Source: an uncultured bacterium (GTDB lineage: Bacteria > SAR324 > NAC60-12). From it: 64,000 nucleotides of DNA. The translations under genes were made by a program, and so were the position numbers. Numbering within the stretch: the first letter of the stretch is position 1; every line of letters begins with the position of its first letter. The stretch covers positions 288,001 through 352,000 of the forward strand of contig CBFIGY010000001.1 of NCBI GenBank assembly GCA_965662235.1. Direction: 5' to 3'. Under the pieces are notes generated by a model that searched no databases, was not told the origin of the DNA, and saw only the letters and a list, made by a program, of their open reading frames with translations. Below, piece by piece: positions 59,802-64,000 of the stretch.

Positions 59802-61097
59802 ATGCCTAAAACTGTTTCCACCGTTTCCCGAGGTGCAGCTCCAGCTCGTGGAACTCAAGCCCCGCTTTTAGACTGGCGGTCCCGTGTTGCCCGTCGCTTG
59901 GTGATTCGGCAAATGGAGCGATTGGAGTATGGCAAGATCACCCTGATCGACGCCTGGGGCACCTACAGCTTTGGTCAGCTGAGCGCCCGCTGTCAGCTGC
60001 ACGTCACCCTGCATGTTCATGATGCTGCCCTCTACCGCTCGTTGATCTTTGGCGGCAGCATTGGTGTGGCCGAGTCGTACATGGCAGGGGAGTGGTCTGT
60101 GAGCCACCTGACGCACCTGGTGCGGATCTTTGTGGTCAACCGCGAGCTGCTGGATGGCATGGAAAAGGGGATGGCGCAACTCGGAGTCCTGCTGCACAAG
60201 GTCTACCACCTCACCCGCCGGAATTCCAAGCAGGGCAGCCGCCGGAACATTTCGGCTCACTACGACCTAGGCAACGACTTTTATCGGCTCTTTCTCGATG
60301 ACACGATGATGTATTCGGCAGCCGTGTTTGAGCAACCGGAGCAGAGCCTGTATGACGCTTCGGTCGCAAAGCTCGACCGCATCTGCCAGAAACTGGACCT
60401 GCAGCCTGGAGAACAGGTGGTGGAGATTGGAACCGGTTGGGGAGGGTTTGCGCTGCATGCAGCCCAACACTACGGGTGCCACGTCACCACCACCACGATC
60501 TCTCAGGAGCAGTACAATTACGCGCAGGACCGCATCCAGCAAGCCGGCCTGCAGGACCGTGTGACGCTGCTGCTGAACGACTACCGTGACCTGGAAGGCA
60601 CCTACGACAAGCTGGTCTCCATTGAGATGATCGAAGCGGTGGGGCACGAGTACTTCCCGAACTTCTTCCGGAAGTGCAGCTCCTTGCTGAAGCCGGATGG
60701 TCAGGGCCTCATTCAGGCGATCACGATTGATGATCGTCAGTATGAGGTCGCTAAAAATACGGTCGATTTCATTCAGCGTTACATTTTCCCTGGAGGCTGC
60801 CTGCCTTCTGTCAGTATCATGAGTGAAATGCTTCGCGATCACACTGACATGCGGGTCACGCACCTCGAGGACCTGACGCGGCACTACGCGCTCACCCTCA
60901 AGCACTGGCGCCACGCCTTTCTGGGACGCTTGGACGAGGTGCGGAACCTCGGATACTCAGAAGAGTTCATCCGCATGTGGGAGTACTACCTTTGCTACTG
61001 CGAGGGAGGCTTCCATGAACGCTTCATCGGGGTGGTGCACCTCATGTTTGCCAAGCCCTGGAACCGCCAACAGGAAGTGCTTCCTCCCCTCAACTGA
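59802..61097 (+). CDS. cfa: Cyclopropane-fatty-acyl-phospholipid synthase family methyltransferase
   Basis: HYDLGNDF, MMYS, EIGTGWG, SIEMIEAVG, YIFPGG and WEYYLCYCE motifs. Confidence 0.9.
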   Translation: MPKTVSTVSRGAAPARGTQAPLLDWRSRVARRLVIRQMERLEYGKITLIDAWGTYSFGQLSARCQLHVTLHVHDAALYRSLIFGGSIGVAESYMAGEWSVSHLTHLVRIFVVNRELLDGMEKGMAQLGVLLHKVYHLTRRNSKQGSRRNISAHYDLGNDFYRLFLDDTMMYSAAVFEQPEQSLYDASVAKLDRICQKLDLQPGEQVVEIGTGWGGFALHAAQHYGCHVTTTTISQEQYNYAQDRIQQAGLQDRVTLLLNDYRDLEGTYDKLVSIEMIEAVGHEYFPNFFRKCSSLLKPDGQGLIQAITIDDRQYEVAKNTVDFIQRYIFPGGCLPSVSIMSEMLRDHTDMRVTHLEDLTRHYALTLKHWRHAFLGRLDEVRNLGYSEEFIRMWEYYLCYCEGGFHERFIGVVHLMFAKPWNRQQEVLPPLN

Positions 61098-61098
61098 T

Positions 61099-61161
61099 CT
61101 GGGAAGGACCTCCTTCCCAGTCTCGCTCAATCTGTAAGGTGTGCCCCCGTGCAGATTGAGC
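61099..61161 (+). terminator. Two tandem hairpins after cfa
   Basis: CTGGGAAGG-ACCT-CCTTCCCAG (61099-61120), then GCTCAATCTG...CAGATTGAGC (61125-61161), followed by a pyrimidine/T-rich tract. Confidence 0.55.
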
Positions 61162-61322
61162 TCCTCCCTCCTTTTTCTGCAGATCTCCCAACATCCCCTG
61201 ATTTTTCGGAGCCCTATGGGCTTACGTATTTTTGCTAATCATCATTTAATTTGTTAAAAATCCCTTTGGTGGTAGTCTTATAGAAGGAAAAACTGCAACC
61301 TTCAGCCAAAGGCGACCGCGTC

Positions 61323-63998
61323 ATGTCGAATCATATTCTTGAGTCACTGTTCAACCCCCACTCCATTGCCATCTTTGGCGCCAGCGATCGTGAGAACTCG
61401 GTCGGCGGTCAGGTGCTGCAAAATGTGCTGAAGTCGGGGTATCAGGGAACCATCCTGCCCATCAACCCCAAGCATCGGGAGCTTCTGGGGCTGGAGGCTT
61501 TCCCGGACCTGAAGTCGACCGAGAGCACCCCCGACCTGGCCGTCATTGCGACACCGGCCCCGACGGTTCCGAACATCCTGCAGCAGTGCGGACAGAATGG
61601 CGTCCGGTCGGCGGTCATCCTCACGGCGGGCTTCCGTGAGGTCGGAAACGCGGGAAAGCGCCTGGAGCAGCAGGTGATGGACATTGCCCACACCTACGGC
61701 ATCCGCTTCATCGGTCCCAACTGCGTTGGCATCATGAGCCCACACATTGGGCTGAACGCGACCTTCAGCCGCAACCAGGGAATCCCTGGGAACATTGCGC
61801 TGGTTTCACAGTCCGGCGCCATCTGTACCGCCATTTTGGACTGGGCCGAGGCCAACTCCATCGGCTTCTCCCGGGTCATTTCCACCGGAATTGCAGCAGA
61901 CACCGACTTTGGAGAGGTGCTGGACTTCCTGGTGCAAGACACCAAAACCGACAGCATCCTCCTCTACATTGAAGGCCTCCACGAGTCCCGGAACTTCATG
62001 AGCGCTCTGCGAAAGGCGTCTCGCGTGAAGCCTGTCATTGCCATTAAGGCCGGACGTCACGCGGCGGGCTCCAAAGCCGCAATGTCGCACACAGGCGCCC
62101 TGGTGGGCATGGACGACGTGTTTGACGCCGCCCTGCGTCGCGCAGGTGTGGTGCGTGTGTTGACCACGACGCAGCTGTTTGATGCGGCCCGGATTCTGAC
62201 CTCGAAGCGGCGTGCTCACGGGGGACGCTTGGCCATCATTACCAACGCCGGAGGCCCCGGGGTGCTGGCAACCGACCTAGCTGCAGATCGGAAGATTGAA
62301 ATGGCTGAACTGAGCCAGCAGACCCTGGAACGGCTGAACGAGGTCCTCCCGGCAACCTGGCCAAAAGCCAACCCCGTGGACATCATTGGGGACGCGGGTC
62401 CGGAGCGCTACAAGCAGGCGCTGGAAATCTGCCTAGAGGCTCCTGAGATTGACGGCGTCCTGGTGGTTCTGACACCACAGGCGATGACGGATCCGCACAC
62501 CGTCGCAGAAGCCGTGGTGCAGCTTGACCCCAAGAAGCCCCTCATTACTTGCTGGATGGGAGAGTCCTTGGTGGAAAGCAGCCGGGACCTCTTTTCCAAG
62601 CACCACATCCCGACCTACACGTCTCCAGAAGCAGCAATTGAGGCCTTCAGCTACCTTGCCACTCACCACGAAAACCAGAAGCTCCTGCGCCAGACCGCAG
62701 AGGCCATGCCGCTTGAGGAAACCCCGGACGTGGAGCGGGCGCAGATGATCATCGAAGGAGCGCTGCAGGAGCGTCGCAAGGTGCTCACGGAGATGGAGTC
62801 AAAGGCCCTGCTGAGCGCCTTCCGGATTCCCATTACCCCCACCATGACGGCTCACTCGGCACAAGAGGCGCTGCTGCTTGCTTCTGAGCTGGGCTTTCCG
62901 GTGGTGCTCAAGGTGCACTCGCAGGAGATCTCCCACAAGTCGGATGTTGGAGGCGTTAAGCTCAACCTGAAGACCGCCCAAGAGGTCCGGTCGGCTTACA
63001 ATGAGATTCTGGAGAACGTCAAACGCTTCCGCCCAGAGGCCAAGGTGGATGGGGTATCGGTGCAGCCCATGGCCACCCTGCCGCACACACGGGAGCTGAT
63101 GATTGGCGTGCTCCGGGATGATGTCTTTGGACCGGTGATTTCGTTTGGTGGAGGAGGAACCGCGGTGGAGGTGTTCCGGGATCGCGCCGTCTCGCTGCCT
63201 CCGTTGAACCAGAAGCTGGCTGAGGACCTGGTCTCTCAGACCAAGGTGGCGCGGATGCTGAAGCAGTTCCGGAACTTCCCAGAGGCCGATGTGGAGACGC
63301 TCAAGCAGGTGCTTTGCCGGGTGTCTGAGATGGTGTGCGAGCTGCCGTGGATTGAGGAGATGGACATCAACCCGCTTCTGCTGGGCAGCGATGGCGTCCG
63401 GGCGGTGGACGCACGGGTGGTGGTCCGCTCGTTTGTTGAGTCGCACCGCTACAGCCACATGGCGATTCATCCGTATCCGGCTCACTTTGTCAAGGACTGG
63501 CAGCTGACAGACGGTACCCTTGTGCACATTCGGCCCATCCGTCCGGAAGATGCGGAGCTAGAGCGCGAATTCGTCAACAGCCTCTCTGAGCAGGCCAAGC
63601 TGTTCCGCTTTGGGCAGACCTTCAAGCAGATCTCCGCATCCATGCTGGAGCGCTTCACGCAGATTGACTATGACACCGAAATGGCGTTTGTCGCGGTCAT
63701 CCGCAACGGCAAGGAGGTGGAGATTGGCGTGGTCCGCTACATCATCCAGCCGGATGGGAAGAGCTGTGAGTTTGGCCTTGCCATCGCGGATGAGTGGCAG
63801 GGACGAGGCGTGGGACACAAGCTCATGAGCGAGCTGATGGCTGCAGCAAAGGAGCGTGGGCTTCAGCACATGATCGGCGAGGTCCGGACCGACAACTACC
63901 CGATGCTCAAGCTGATGGAGAGCCTAGAGTTTTCCATCCGGAACCATCCGGAAGACCCTGCCATCCGCCTGGTGGAGCGTCAGGTCAGCCGAGGCTGA
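61323..63998 (+). CDS. pat: Acetate-CoA ligase (ADP-forming)-like / GNAT fusion, protein lysine acetyltransferase Pat type
   Basis: GPNCVG, SQSG, SHTG, NPVDI, HKSDVGGV and DINP motifs; C-terminal GNAT (IRPIRPED, WQGRGVG). Confidence 0.88.
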   Translation: MSNHILESLFNPHSIAIFGASDRENSVGGQVLQNVLKSGYQGTILPINPKHRELLGLEAFPDLKSTESTPDLAVIATPAPTVPNILQQCGQNGVRSAVILTAGFREVGNAGKRLEQQVMDIAHTYGIRFIGPNCVGIMSPHIGLNATFSRNQGIPGNIALVSQSGAICTAILDWAEANSIGFSRVISTGIAADTDFGEVLDFLVQDTKTDSILLYIEGLHESRNFMSALRKASRVKPVIAIKAGRHAAGSKAAMSHTGALVGMDDVFDAALRRAGVVRVLTTTQLFDAARILTSKRRAHGGRLAIITNAGGPGVLATDLAADRKIEMAELSQQTLERLNEVLPATWPKANPVDIIGDAGPERYKQALEICLEAPEIDGVLVVLTPQAMTDPHTVAEAVVQLDPKKPLITCWMGESLVESSRDLFSKHHIPTYTSPEAAIEAFSYLATHHENQKLLRQTAEAMPLEETPDVERAQMIIEGALQERRKVLTEMESKALLSAFRIPITPTMTAHSAQEALLLASELGFPVVLKVHSQEISHKSDVGGVKLNLKTAQEVRSAYNEILENVKRFRPEAKVDGVSVQPMATLPHTRELMIGVLRDDVFGPVISFGGGGTAVEVFRDRAVSLPPLNQKLAEDLVSQTKVARMLKQFRNFPEADVETLKQVLCRVSEMVCELPWIEEMDINPLLLGSDGVRAVDARVVVRSFVESHRYSHMAIHPYPAHFVKDWQLTDGTLVHIRPIRPEDAELEREFVNSLSEQAKLFRFGQTFKQISASMLERFTQIDYDTEMAFVAVIRNGKEVEIGVVRYIIQPDGKSCEFGLAIADEWQGRGVGHKLMSELMAAAKERGLQHMIGEVRTDNYPMLKLMESLEFSIRNHPEDPAIRLVERQVSRG

Positions 63999-64000
63999 CT

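Overview
A ~57-60% GC bacterial chromosomal segment. Gene content and style suggest a deltaproteobacterial/SAR324-like organism, but that is inference only. It opens with a truncated phosphopantetheinyl transferase gene and a 246-bp AT-rich gap that looks like oriC. The gap carries phased, non-canonical NNWTCGACA DnaA-box-like repeats and a DnaA-trio-like tract, and dnaA is not adjacent. Next come dnaN-recF-gyrB-der-pilC, hmgL, a beta-barrel gene with hisBH-ndk, engB, malQ, and a four-gene group 3b [NiFe]-hydrogenase operon divergent from ppdK. A ~15.5-kb catabolic cluster for an unknown substrate follows: hydantoinase/oxoprolinase A and B, a Cys-less isochorismatase-fold hydrolase, a flavoprotein, a LeuCD-type hydratase, an ICL-family lyase, MmgE/PrpD, SnoaL, a tautomerase-SnoaL fusion and a Liv-type ABC importer. 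The rest is mixed housekeeping genes (rsmD, folK, SRAP, hcxB, gcdH, ccmH, wcaJ, def), an insertion-bearing biotin carboxylase, a putative furan/modified fatty acid operon and a Pat-type acetyltransferase. The palindrome TCCGGA is visibly over-represented. I saw no rRNA, tRNA, CRISPR array or mobile element. All calls come from motif recognition by eye; no database searches were run.
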